Source: a virus
DNA length: 19,288 bases
Direction: 5' to 3' (one strand)
UHGV virus genome: UHGV-1843802
Part shown: positions 1 to 8,540 of the stretch, piece after piece
Layout of the letters: each line of letters starts with the position of its first letter
Position numbering within the stretch: the first letter of the stretch is position 1
The notes under the pieces: generated by a model
What the model was told of the DNA's origin: nothing
Databases searched by the model: none
The model's input: the letters and a program-made list of their open reading frames with translations, nothing else
Position numbers and translations under genes: made by a program

Positions 1-260
1 ATCGCAGGCATACCATCAAGTTCTGCCTGTCTGCGAAGCAGCGCCCATACCCGACGATAACCATACGTGGGCAGCTCTCCGATAACATGGTGTATACGGA
101 GAAGCACATCCGTATCATCTGAGTGACGGCTGCGGCGACCATCTTTCCAGTCATCGGTTCGTCTGAGAATTACGTGCAACTGCGCACGCGACACCCGGAG
201 ACAACGGCTGACTAAGCTTACTCCCCATCCCCGGGCAATAAGGGCGCGTGCGCTATCCAC
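1..260 (-). CDS. insD: IS2 transposase OrfB (InsD), N-terminal part only; truncated by the window edge; normally made as an OrfAB fusion by -1 frameshift
   Basis: The reverse complement of 1-260 translates from a GTG at 260 as [32 protein letters not shown]...[27 protein letters not shown], matching recalled InsD. The frame is open to the window edge. Confidence 0.8.
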   Translation of the reverse strand, partial: MDSARALIARGWGVSLVSRCLRVSRAQLHVILRRTDDWKDGRRSRHSDDTDVLLRIHHVIGELPTYGYRRVWALLRRQAELDGMPA

Positions 261-583
261 TTTTTTGCACGCCCGTATTCAACGGCTTCTTTAAGGAGTT
301 CATTTTCCATCGTTTTTTTGCCGAGCAGGCGCTGGAGTTCTTTAATCTGCTTCATGGCAGCAGCAAGTTCAGAGGCAGGAACGATCTGCTCTCCTGCGGC
401 CACAGCAGTAAGACTTCCCTCCTGGTATTGCTTGCGCCAGAGAAATAACTGGCTGGCTGCCACACCGTGTTGCCGGGCAACAAGGGAGACCGTCATTCCC
501 GGTTCAAAACTCTGCTGAACAATAGCGATCTTTTCCTGTGTAGTACGCCGTCTGCGTTTCTCCGGTCCTAAGACATCAATCAT
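218..583 (-). CDS. insC: IS2 transposase OrfA (InsC), helix-turn-helix DNA-binding subunit
   Basis: The ATG at 583 (rc of 581-583) gives a 121-aa protein, [24 protein letters not shown]...[18 protein letters not shown], matching recalled InsC. The ORF track begins further upstream at a non-ATG codon, which I do not accept. Confidence 0.9.
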   Translation of the reverse strand: MIDVLGPEKRRRRTTQEKIAIVQQSFEPGMTVSLVARQHGVAASQLFLWRKQYQEGSLTAVAAGEQIVPASELAAAMKQIKELQRLLGKKTMENELLKEAVEYGRAKKWIAHAPLLPGDGE

Positions 584-674
584 CTGCTCTCCAATGACTA
601 GTCTAAAAACTAGTATTAAGACTATCACTTATTTAAGTGATATTGGTTGTCTGGAGATTCATGGGGCCAGTCTA

Positions 675-1296
675 ACTTGACTCCTAGTTGTTCTGTAGGT
701 TTATATGCCAATGAATAGTGCTTACTCTTGTCTCTGGACATTCTAAATAATGGGTTATATGTCCATTTTTCTTCTACGCCATCTGTAATAACATAAACAT
801 CCAGGCTAGAGACTTCTTTTGTTAACTCTCTGGAAAGCAACAATGTCAGAAATAAAGTTTCCTTCTCAATATCAAATGTAACGCTAACAGCTTCATGCTG
901 TTTAGTTTCTACGCCAGAAACAGTTCCTCCAGCAGGAATTACAACACTGTTAATAATTGCCAAAGGTGTTTGGTCATTGGCAAGCAATTCAGCCCCGGCT
1001 GGTAACGTAATATCCCGATCAGTTTTATTGGTTATAGACGTTGTTCCGTATGAAGCACTAACAAATCGCCCTACGTAGCTACGGTCTTCAGCAACCGCTA
1101 AAATACTTGAGCGGCGCGTAGCCGTTGAAATAAGTCCCTCAGTGAGGCCGCGGCTTGCAAATGTACGGGCAATATAAATAAGCTGTGATCCGAATATAGC
1201 GTGCATCTGCACAAACTGACTATTTACAAATCGTGACCACCATGTGTTTTCATTTAACTTGGCATTAAATTTGTCCAGTAATTCTGTAATCGTCAC
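675..1296 (-). pseudogene. Phage virion gene (baseplate-like, function not established) truncated at its 3' end by the IS2 insertion
   Basis: The ORF (ATG at 1296, overlapping the upstream stop in an ATGA arrangement) runs straight into the IS2 terminal repeat at 674. The last 16 codons of the track ORF ([16 protein letters not shown]) are encoded by IS2 DNA, so the native C-terminus is missing. Position after the tape-measure-like gene suggests a baseplate component. Confidence 0.6.
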
Positions 1297-1667
1297 GCGC
1301 CCACCCCACTTGATTTCTGCATAACAATATCCATGCTCCCACCTTTCGCATAAAAACTAATTAATAAAGAATCTTCAGAAATTGATGTGCAACGAATCCC
1401 CTGCACATCCAAACCTGGCAAATCTTGTCGTAGTTTTTTCATCATTCTCCCTTCAATAGCCACTTCAACTATGTGCGAAGTTTCAGAGCCGAATGGTTCA
1501 TGCTTAAATTCTTCCATTGGATTCCCCCAAGAGGGTAAACCATAAACACTCCCTTCAGGGGTTCGTAACCACTCGTCAAGTCGGGCCATCCATGCTGCGG
1601 TACTTCCTTCTGCAATAATGACACCGCTCTCATTCGTTTGAAGTCTTGCGTCTATTTCATAAAGCAT
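1293..1667 (-). CDS. Hypothetical phage virion protein, 124 aa (possibly a small baseplate component by position)
   Basis: ATG at 1667 with a GAGGA ribosome-binding site about 10 nt upstream on the minus strand. It starts 6 nt after the tape-measure stop and overlaps the next gene by 4 nt, indicating an operon. No motif I can assign. Confidence 0.5.
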   Translation of the reverse strand: MLYEIDARLQTNESGVIIAEGSTAAWMARLDEWLRTPEGSVYGLPSWGNPMEEFKHEPFGSETSHIVEVAIEGRMMKKLRQDLPGLDVQGIRCTSISEDSLLISFYAKGGSMDIVMQKSSGVGA

Positions 1668-1672
1668 CTGTA

Positions 1673-4600
1673 TTAATCCTCAAGCAGAGCATCCAGCGAC
1701 GGGTCATTAATAGTTGTGCTAGCACGTGGTCGCGGTTGCGGCTGCGATGTTTTGACAACCTTATCCGGATCGCCTTTTGTATTGTTCTTGTTCACATTCA
1801 GAAGATCGTTCAGGATAGAGCAGATGTTATCCAGCGCCTTCAACATAGCAGGATCGTTATTTATAGTGTCAGTAGTTAATGGTTGTCTTATTCCGCTTCG
1901 TGCGAGATCTGTTACAGTAGGAAGCTGTGGTGGCAAAGCAAGAAAAGGTTCTTGCACGGCTGACGCAGAGCCAAATATGGCATTATTGGCTTCGTTTGAT
2001 ATACCTCTAATGCTATCTGCGGTTTGTTGAATACCATTATTCAGCCAACTACCGGCGCTCCTGGTAAGCGGGCTAATAGCCCTGGCAATTGTTGAGTTCT
2101 GCCCAGTAGCCTGATAAACCAAATCATTAACAATGCCTGTGCCATCTACCCCACCAATAAGTTGTGAAACGTTATCGCCAATTGCAGGTAACACAGCAGA
2201 GCTAATACGTTTCAGACCTGTTAATGACGAGTCAAACAAAGAGCCAAGCACCCCCTTATCTTCACCATCAATTACCTTGTATCCATTGTCATAAACTGGA
2301 ATCCCCCTTGAGTTTACAGAGATTTTTTCACTCTCTCTTGCCGAAGAAACACCGGAGAGAAGATCCACTGAAGGCATATCGCGTTCAGCTTTTGGTCTTT
2401 TTTGTAAAGCGTCTCTTATATCAGTTACCTGGCTTGCTTTTTGAAATCCAAAAGATTTACCGGTTAAGCTGGATATCTTTTCAGTAAGAGCCTGATCCAT
2501 TCCTTTCGCTTTTTCGGAAAGCGAAGATATAGAACCAAACGAAGTCGCCGACGCAAAATCCTTAATCAGGCCAAGGCTTGTACCAGCAAGGCTGGTAGCC
2601 GCACCTCCAAATAAATTACCTACCCCGCTGTCATTTATAGCGATTAATCTCTCAAGCAGACTTGATGGCGAGCCAGTATTAACATCTACATTCTCTGGAT
2701 TAATCGGTTGCGATTGATTGCCTGTTTTTTGTGGCTTTTTGACTGTCTGAGCATGTTGTGCAACCTCAATTGGCTGTTGTGTTGCTGTCGGAACGGCATC
2801 CAAAACTGGTTGAGCTGGAGATTTTCCATTAGCATATTTTACCTTGCGACCAACACTATATTGCGAATCGCGGGCAATTAGCTGACCACCATTTTCTTTC
2901 TGAATTTTATTAATCCGCGCCAATGTTTCGTCAGAGAATTGTCCCTCCCATCGACCAGTGTTTGTGTTAAATGCCCCAAGAGCATTCTTTATGAACTCAT
3001 TGTTAACCGCCGGGTTTCCACCTTCTTTCGTCGCTATTGCACGAACTAATTGCGTCATAACTTCTGGGTTGCTGACGTCTATTTTTTCATTAGGCGAGAC
3101 GCCAAGATATTTGCTGACGTTATCAATATATTGATTAGTATTGTTCTCCTTTGGGGGTGCCCATTTGGAAATAATACTGGATACCGTCTGTAGCTTCTGA
3201 TACCCAGCAGCGGCGCTGGTGCCGTTGTAATAGCTTGACACCTGGTTTGCCAGCGCCCTGATCCCTTCTTCAGGCGTGTTAAATCGCGCAAAACGTTGTT
3301 CACCTTTTGCATTTGGTGCTTCCAGCGTCGCCCCTTCCTGATTAGCGAAAACAAGGTTGCCGAGGTTATTATTCCGGTAATTGCGGTTTTTAGCGTTGCT
3401 GCCACCAATATTCAGATCCGCTGCAATGGTGTTGCTGGTAGGGGCATTAAATTCAGCCGGGGAAGTATACCCGTGCTCACCAACACCATCTTCACCATCA
3501 CGCCCGCCTTGTAGCTGCTCACCTAAAGAATGAATCGCATCGACAGTTTTTTTGGTGCCGTCTTCAACAGCTTTTTTTACTTGTTTTGTGTTTTCGTCAG
3601 TGGATAAAAATGTATCCTTAAGGCTACCAAAAACAGATTTGGTGATATCTACCGCGCCGTTAACACCACGAGCAATATCTCCGGTATCAAAATTCTGAAG
3701 TTTTTCACCTGCTCTTTCAAATCCTAGCGCAGAAATTCCTTTCCCTATCAAGTTTGTTGCGCCCGACACCAAGCCCCCCATATCGAGCACATTAGCTGTT
3801 GCGTAAGCCGTTTTTTGCTGTTCGGATACAGCATCATCGTCACTTAAACCAAAGGCTGCCTTTTGCGCCTCTGTATCTGTGTAACCATCTATGGCGTCAT
3901 ATCCAGCCATTGCCAGCGAACCGATGATAGGGACCGCTCTTGCCGCTGTGGATGCTGCTGATTTAACTCCTATTTTTTCAGCACTTTTGAGGGCTACAGA
4001 TTCAGTTTTTTTCTTTGCAATGGCTTCGCCGGTTTTAATGGTGGCATCTTCAGCCACAACACCAGCTGACTTCACGGCCTTAGCAGTATTTTTTGTTTCC
4101 TTTGCAATCCCCTTTGATGTATCGCTGATAGTGCTTACATCTTTGGGTTTGCTGATCTTATTTTTAACTACTTTTGCTGCTCCGACACCAGTGCCAGCTG
4201 CAGCACTACCGGCAGCAACTTTTTCGCCAACGGAGAGTGCTTTTTTCCCAAGATTGCGGCCTTTCCTTTTCGATTTATTCCGTTTATTTTTTCCCGTTTG
4301 ATCACCAATATTGATTTTATTTCTTCTGCTTGCTCGATTTTTCCAGAGATCACTTAAGCCGAACTTATTTCCAGAAGACACTGATTTCCGAAGCTTAACT
4401 ATCTCGTCAGAAACATTTTCCAGACCATCAATTATTTTGTTGTCATTGGTCTGAAGGATTTTGGTTTGCTCTTCTACTGCTTGTGCGGATTTTGTCTCAA
4501 CAGCGTTATTAAACGCTTTTGCAGATGTTGCTTTTTGAGAATTCACCGCCGCCGGATAAGTAATTACTGGTGATATTGCTTTCGAGGTTGATGTTTCTTT

Positions 4601-5455
4601 TTTCCCCTTTTCTACCCATTCTTTAAGAGATTCTGCTTTACCTGTGATCTCTTTAGTTATGTCGTACATGCCACGAGCCGCCATCCATAACGGCCCACCA
4701 GCACCGACACCAGCTGCATTTGTTAAAGACTCTTCACTGGAAGACTGATTGCCATCTACCCCCATAATGGAACCTAGCTTTCTGAGAAAGCCAGCTTGTA
4801 ATTTTGCGTCGGCTTTACATGCGTTCTGCAGTTCTTTTTTTCTGGCTACATCCTCATTGCTTTTCTGGGATACAAAACGTCCATTACTATCCCGCAGCGG
4901 GCCTTTTAGACTTTGGGGGGGTTGTGGTTCAAGAGGGGCTGAATTAGCAGCTACCGGTATAAAACCTTCTGATTTTCGGATGGTCTGACGTGATTGCACG
5001 GAGCGAACACTTTCTGGTGTGTTCGTTGCAACGATAGCGCGGTCCACGGTTTGGTTTATCGGTGCCCTTTCCTTTTTAGCAGGGAGACGTTTTTTATATG
5101 GGTTAGTTTGGACATCTCTAACGCTATCAGATGTACTTTGCTCGTAGTCTTTACGCCTGCGTGATAGTCTGTTGCTAACTCTGCCTTGCCTTTCGTCCTG
5201 TTGAGTTATGGTGCTTGCCCCAGAAAGAATGGCGTCTTTTACCTCAGCAAGAGCTTTTAGTTCGTTTGTGCTCGCCTCCTGAATAGCGTCAATTATTGCG
5301 ATACGGTCTTTATTCTCTTTCAAAATAACCTCTCTTTTACCAGCGCGATCAACGTTTCCCGGCTTGAGCTTTGTATTTTTCTTCCAGGGCTTTTGACATA
5401 TGGAGTGCTCGCCATTGCGGTAATTGTTCAACGTCGCTAACGGGCTGATATCCAT
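1673..5455 (-). CDS. Tail tape-measure-like protein, 1260 aa
   Basis: Uninterrupted 3.8-kb ORF with tape-measure composition: long Ala/Gly/Lys/Ser-rich helical low-complexity stretches and hydrophobic Gly-rich segments (AVPIIGSLAMAGYDAIDGY, GGLVSGATNLIGKGISALG). It lies between tail and baseplate-like genes. ATG at 5455; no clear ribosome-binding site, lying 14 nt after the upstream stop. Confidence 0.65.
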   Translation of the reverse strand: MDISPLATLNNYRNGEHSICQKPWKKNTKLKPGNVDRAGKREVILKENKDRIAIIDAIQEASTNELKALAEVKDAILSGASTITQQDERQGRVSNRLSRRRKDYEQSTSDSVRDVQTNPYKKRLPAKKERAPINQTVDRAIVATNTPESVRSVQSRQTIRKSEGFIPVAANSAPLEPQPPQSLKGPLRDSNGRFVSQKSNEDVARKKELQNACKADAKLQAGFLRKLGSIMGVDGNQSSSEESLTNAAGVGAGGPLWMAARGMYDITKEITGKAESLKEWVEKGKKETSTSKAISPVITYPAAVNSQKATSAKAFNNAVETKSAQAVEEQTKILQTNDNKIIDGLENVSDEIVKLRKSVSSGNKFGLSDLWKNRASRRNKINIGDQTGKNKRNKSKRKGRNLGKKALSVGEKVAAGSAAAGTGVGAAKVVKNKISKPKDVSTISDTSKGIAKETKNTAKAVKSAGVVAEDATIKTGEAIAKKKTESVALKSAEKIGVKSAASTAARAVPIIGSLAMAGYDAIDGYTDTEAQKAAFGLSDDDAVSEQQKTAYATANVLDMGGLVSGATNLIGKGISALGFERAGEKLQNFDTGDIARGVNGAVDITKSVFGSLKDTFLSTDENTKQVKKAVEDGTKKTVDAIHSLGEQLQGGRDGEDGVGEHGYTSPAEFNAPTSNTIAADLNIGGSNAKNRNYRNNNLGNLVFANQEGATLEAPNAKGEQRFARFNTPEEGIRALANQVSSYYNGTSAAAGYQKLQTVSSIISKWAPPKENNTNQYIDNVSKYLGVSPNEKIDVSNPEVMTQLVRAIATKEGGNPAVNNEFIKNALGAFNTNTGRWEGQFSDETLARINKIQKENGGQLIARDSQYSVGRKVKYANGKSPAQPVLDAVPTATQQPIEVAQHAQTVKKPQKTGNQSQPINPENVDVNTGSPSSLLERLIAINDSGVGNLFGGAATSLAGTSLGLIKDFASATSFGSISSLSEKAKGMDQALTEKISSLTGKSFGFQKASQVTDIRDALQKRPKAERDMPSVDLLSGVSSARESEKISVNSRGIPVYDNGYKVIDGEDKGVLGSLFDSSLTGLKRISSAVLPAIGDNVSQLIGGVDGTGIVNDLVYQATGQNSTIARAISPLTRSAGSWLNNGIQQTADSIRGISNEANNAIFGSASAVQEPFLALPPQLPTVTDLARSGIRQPLTTDTINNDPAMLKALDNICSILNDLLNVNKNNTKGDPDKVVKTSQPQPRPRASTTINDPSLDALLED

Positions 5456-5469
5456 ATAGAGTCAGGTTG

Positions 5470-6291
5470 TTAATAATGGTTAGCCATCCATTCAGATCTA
5501 ATTGATGGGATAAACTCTCTATTGAGAAAGGGGACGTACAGTGTGGTTGTCACATCTGCACCCTCCTTAGCGTTTTTGCAATGTTGCGGAGGCAGGATCA
5601 GTCGGCTTGAGCCTCTCTCAATAGACATTTTCAGGCCGTGGCGTAGGTCTTTTTGCATAAGCTGTATGCGAGCCACAAGCGGTGTAAACTCGGTTTCAAG
5701 CGCCATGCTTTCAATAATGTCAAAGCGTCGGTTAGCGGCCTGCGTGAAGTCCTCCGGATCGTCTTCAAGCGCCGTGCATAAAGCGAGTTCAGCAATCCGC
5801 ATCCGTGCCACGCCAGCACTGTATTCGGGGCTTTTCATATCAGGAAGTGACGCTCGCATTCGTTCAAGGAGTTCCGCGCCTTTCCCGGTTAATGGTTTAA
5901 GTATCCAGTCAGTTGGTACTCCATTTACTGGTACGTTGGTTTTCACGTAAGGAGGTACAGTGAGTATTTCTACTGTTTGGGCCAGGTCGCTCAGGTTAAT
6001 ATCTGCATGATGCGTATTACCGCAGTGACTGCACTCATAGGAGTAGGTCATTACTGCATCGGGGCGCGAATTAACAAATATCCACCAAAGAGCAGTTCTG
6101 CGATCCTGAACTGTCCAGTTAGCACTGTCGTTAATTTCACCATCCTGCATAGAGTTAAGGTACTCTGTAGTAGTTGCCTCATCTTCTGCCGGGTTCAGGT
6201 CAGAATATTTCAGCGCATCCTTCACGGTAGGGGCGTGGAACTGAATTTCTGTCTCAGGACGGGAAGGCAATGGGAATTTTGGAATGTTCAA
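5470..6291 (-). CDS. Hypothetical phage protein, 273 aa, with a Cys/His cluster (YECSHCGNTHH); first gene of the operon that contains the tape-measure-like gene
   Basis: TTG start at 6291 preceded by a strong ribosome-binding site (GGAGG, 5-nt spacer) on the minus strand; the next in-frame Met is 47 codons downstream. Function unknown. Confidence 0.5.
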   Translation of the reverse strand: MNIPKFPLPSRPETEIQFHAPTVKDALKYSDLNPAEDEATTTEYLNSMQDGEINDSANWTVQDRRTALWWIFVNSRPDAVMTYSYECSHCGNTHHADINLSDLAQTVEILTVPPYVKTNVPVNGVPTDWILKPLTGKGAELLERMRASLPDMKSPEYSAGVARMRIAELALCTALEDDPEDFTQAANRRFDIIESMALETEFTPLVARIQLMQKDLRHGLKMSIERGSSRLILPPQHCKNAKEGADVTTTLYVPFLNREFIPSIRSEWMANHY

Positions 6292-6395
6292 TTATTCCTC
6301 CGAAAAGCAGGTATCTGTTCATTTTCCAGAGGATAGGGAGTGTGTGATTTGCGATGGGGATTGAATGAAGATCTTTGCCGGTCGAGAAGCGATTA

Positions 6396-6537
6396 TTGAG
6401 GGTGATTTTTACACCTTAAGTGACGCTACTCACATATCCACAGAGTATTTTTATAAACCTTTTTCCATTTTTAATCCTTTTTAGATCCTTTTTAGGCGTC
6501 GCTGGAGCCAGTAGTGGCGCGGGCTGTAGAGGAGGCT
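6396..6537 (+). promoter_or_regulatory. Replication origin core: one inverted iteron, a DnaA-box-like 9-mer, and an AT-rich region likely to be the unwinding element
   Basis: Inverted iteron TTGAGGGTGATTTTTACACC at 6396-6415. ATATCCACA at 6434-6442 matches the DnaA box TTATCCACA at 8 of 9 positions. The AT-rich stretch 6445-6500 (tttttataaacctttttccatttttaatcctttttagatcctttttagg) contains repeated CCTTTTT motifs and a GATC. Confidence 0.6.
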
Positions 6538-6658
6538 GGTGTAAGAATTGCCCTCAATTAAATACGATCGGTGTAATATTTGCCCTCAAAAGGTGTAAGA
6601 TTTGCCCTCAAAAGGTGTAGTAATTGCCCTCAAAGTGATGTAAAAATTGCCCTCACCA
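6538..6658 (+). repeat. Five direct iterons (about 20 bp, mostly 22-bp spacing) immediately upstream of the initiator gene
   Basis: GGTGTAAGAATTGCCCTCAA (6538-6557), GGTGTAATATTTGCCCTCAA (6570-6589), GGTGTAAGATTTGCCCTCAA (6592-6611), GGTGTAGTAATTGCCCTCAA (6614-6633), and a degenerate GTGATGTAAAAATTGCCCTCAC (about 6635-6658). Consensus GGTGTAAnAATTGCCCTCAA. Confidence 0.85.
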
Positions 6659-6679
6659 TTCGAAGGATCACACAGGGTT

Positions 6680-7435
6680 ATGAACAGAGCGGAATTAACA
6701 GCAAAAGCCGTCAGCCTGATTGAGTCAGCGACACCTATTAGTCGTAGTTTGGCACAAGCCAATGAGATCACGGAGGCTGCTTATCACCTGACTCGCGACC
6801 AAAAGCGACTGTTGTTTATTGTGGTGGGAAGACTTCGCTATGCTTCTAAGGATGGCGTTCTTGGTTCAGGTGCCTGTGAGTTGACGGTCAACGAATATGC
6901 AGAGATGTATAATTTGCCCTCTGCTGAAGCCAGCAAGGATATTCGTAAGGCCATTTCAGGGCTTAGCGAGAAGAAAGTTACGATATATAACCCTGATGAA
7001 TCGACCGAATCAGAAGACAGTTATGAGTCTTATCCTTGGATGATTAAGGATGCCTATTCACCACGGCGCGGGACTTACATTATTCATCTTAATCCATATC
7101 TCATGCCGTTTTTTACTCTGCTTGATAAGAGATTCACAAGGCTGAATTTTACCGAAGTATCTCGCCTTACAAATCCTTATTCTATGCGGCTTTATGAGTC
7201 CTTATGCCAGTACAGGAAGGATGATGGAAGCGGCTTTGCCATACTTGGCGTCGAATGGATGCGGGAGCGTTATGGGTTACCAAAAAGCTATCAGCGGTAT
7301 GCCGAATTTAAGAGAAGTTTTTTAACGAAGGCTGTAGCAGAGATTGAAAAAAATACAAAAATGAAAATAGTCTTCTCAGAGGTGACGGAAGGCGGCAAAG
7401 TTACCAGGATAAAATTTACTTATCAGCAGTCTTAA
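6680..7435 (+). CDS. repE: Iteron-binding replication initiator, 251 aa, resembling F-plasmid RepE (RepFIA)
   Basis: ATG at 6680; the track's upstream TTG at 6647 lies inside the fifth iteron. Motifs shared with recalled F RepE: EAAYHLTRDQKRLLF, SAEASKDIRKA, YESYPWMIKDAYSPRRGTYIIHLNPYLMPFF, NPYSMRLYESLCQYRKDDGSG. Same length as RepE and flanked by iterons on both sides. Confidence 0.85.
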   Translation: MNRAELTAKAVSLIESATPISRSLAQANEITEAAYHLTRDQKRLLFIVVGRLRYASKDGVLGSGACELTVNEYAEMYNLPSAEASKDIRKAISGLSEKKVTIYNPDESTESEDSYESYPWMIKDAYSPRRGTYIIHLNPYLMPFFTLLDKRFTRLNFTEVSRLTNPYSMRLYESLCQYRKDDGSGFAILGVEWMRERYGLPKSYQRYAEFKRSFLTKAVAEIEKNTKMKIVFSEVTEGGKVTRIKFTYQQS

Positions 7436-7770
7436 GGGCAATTTTTACACCCTTCTCAAGGTGTAGAATTTGCCCTTAACGATCGGCAATTGAGGGCAAT
7501 TTTTACATCTTAATTGCATGTATCTTGTTATTAGCAAGTTGTGTTTTTATATAACGTATTGATATGTAAGGGATTATGTAAAAATCACCCTCAACCAATA
7601 TCGTGCGTATCGTGCATTCTTATTGCGCTTTTTTATTATCATTCACTGTGTTAACTGATTGATATTATTGAAATGTGTAAAGAATGCCTTCATTACAGAT
7701 GAATTGATGATGTAAAAAATGCCCTCAAAATTGCGCTACCTTCCCTACCCGCTATCGTTGAGGGCGTGGG
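7436..7770. repeat. Downstream iteron cluster in mixed orientations (copy-number control locus, analogous to incC), in AT-rich non-coding DNA
   Basis: GGGCAATTTTTACACC (inverted, about 7436-7451), GGTGTAGAATTTGCCCTTAA (7460-7479), TTGAGGGCAATTTTTACATC (inverted, 7490-7509), GTAAAAATCACCCTCAA (about 7578-7594), a degenerate TGTAAAGAATGCCTTCA (about 7676-7692), GATGTAAAAAATGCCCTCAA (about 7708-7727), and a half site GTTGAGGGCG (about 7757-7766). No ORF of any length. Confidence 0.75.
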
Positions 7771-7817
7771 TGCTGACGGGAAATGAGCAACCCTCCAGCA
7801 CACATAATTAAAGCTAT

Positions 7818-8525
7818 TCAGAATTTGATCACTCCACTGATAGCCCCCTTTAACGCACTTGTAGCCATGCCAGCGGCACCGTTGACCAAAGCAGAAACAC
7901 CTGAGCCTGCGGATGTGTATTTCTGGAAAGTGATTGGGTATGACAAGAACTCTGACACCTGATCACGTGAGCGAGTGATTTCCCCAAGTTGTGTAGGAAA
8001 TACGCGCATTTCTTCTTCCAGTTCTTTTCCGCCGTCCTGAGTCACCCGGTAGACACGGATTTTCATCAGATATTCAGGAGGAAGGTTTATTGTTCCATCA
8101 GGGTTTGTTACACGAGAACGACGCTCTTTGAACCAGTCCATGATCTTGCCATCTTCGGTATCCCTCACGGTCATAGTGACCGGTCCGGCGCTAACATAGG
8201 TTGGCTTGCTGAATTCTACGCTGCCGATCACCTTGCTTTCTGTCTCGATGTTCCCACTGCTGTAGGTGATATCCTTCACGAACATATCGAAGCCGTTCAG
8301 ACCATCCACTTCAACGGTCCACTGCCACCCCTGGGCGTAACGGATACGCATAGCAGCAGCAACAATATTTTTCCCGTAGGCAATATCGCTACTGTAATTC
8401 CCGCTTACCCCGCCGCCTGATATGGCTTTATCAAGAATGTCGCTAATGAGGTTGCTGGTGAATGATTTCGTGTTAAATGACAATGCGGTGGTCAACGTTC
8501 TACCAACGCTGCTGAAAATACTCAC
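7818..8525 (-). CDS. Hypothetical phage virion or tail protein, 235 aa
   Basis: GTG start at 8525 with a GGAGG ribosome-binding site 7 nt upstream on the minus strand. Last gene of the tail block before the replicon. No assignable motif. Confidence 0.5.
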   Translation of the reverse strand: MSIFSSVGRTLTTALSFNTKSFTSNLISDILDKAISGGGVSGNYSSDIAYGKNIVAAAMRIRYAQGWQWTVEVDGLNGFDMFVKDITYSSGNIETESKVIGSVEFSKPTYVSAGPVTMTVRDTEDGKIMDWFKERRSRVTNPDGTINLPPEYLMKIRVYRVTQDGGKELEEEMRVFPTQLGEITRSRDQVSEFLSYPITFQKYTSAGSGVSALVNGAAGMATSALKGAISGVIKF

Positions 8526-8540
8526 TCTGCGCCTCCAGCG

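Larger units (their letters stand above)
1..674 (-). mobile_element. IS2 insertion sequence (IS3 family), partial copy; one terminal inverted repeat ends at 674, the rest lies beyond the window start
   Basis: Minus-strand translations match my recollection of IS2 InsC ([56 protein letters not shown]...) and the InsD N-terminus (.[31 protein letters not shown]...[17 protein letters not shown]). An A6G slippery motif (rc of about 259-267) sits at the orfA/orfB junction. The reverse complement of 649-674 reads TAGACTGGCCCCATGAATCTCCAGAC, the IS2 terminal repeat. Confidence 0.9.

Noticed and set aside
248-518. Two 66-aa plus-strand ORFs
   Set aside because: They lie inside IS2 on the strand opposite the transposase genes.
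625-674. C-terminal 16 codons of the track ORF 625-1296
   Set aside because: These codons are read from IS2 terminal-repeat DNA. The gene is a truncation product, not an intact 223-aa protein.
3891-4301. 136-aa plus-strand ORF, and similar ORFs at 1716-2030, 2224-2487, 3079-3408 and 4749-4988
   Set aside because: They are antisense to the tape-measure-like gene, have mirror-image low-complexity composition and have no ribosome-binding site context.
6420-6620. 66-aa plus-strand ORF from the track
   Set aside because: It lies entirely over the AT-rich origin and the direct iterons. Its reading frame is a by-product of the repeated DNA, not a gene.
6538-6658. Possible CRISPR array, because of tandem repeats of about 20 bp
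   Set aside because: The repeats are almost contiguous (2-12 bp gaps, no spacers of 30 bp or so), are degenerate, flank an initiator gene on both sides and share the AATTGCCCTCA core. They are iterons.
7610-7640. Possible intrinsic terminator after the initiator gene (GCGCTTTTTTATT)
   Set aside because: There is a T-run but I could not find a convincing GC-rich stem immediately upstream, so I did not call it.
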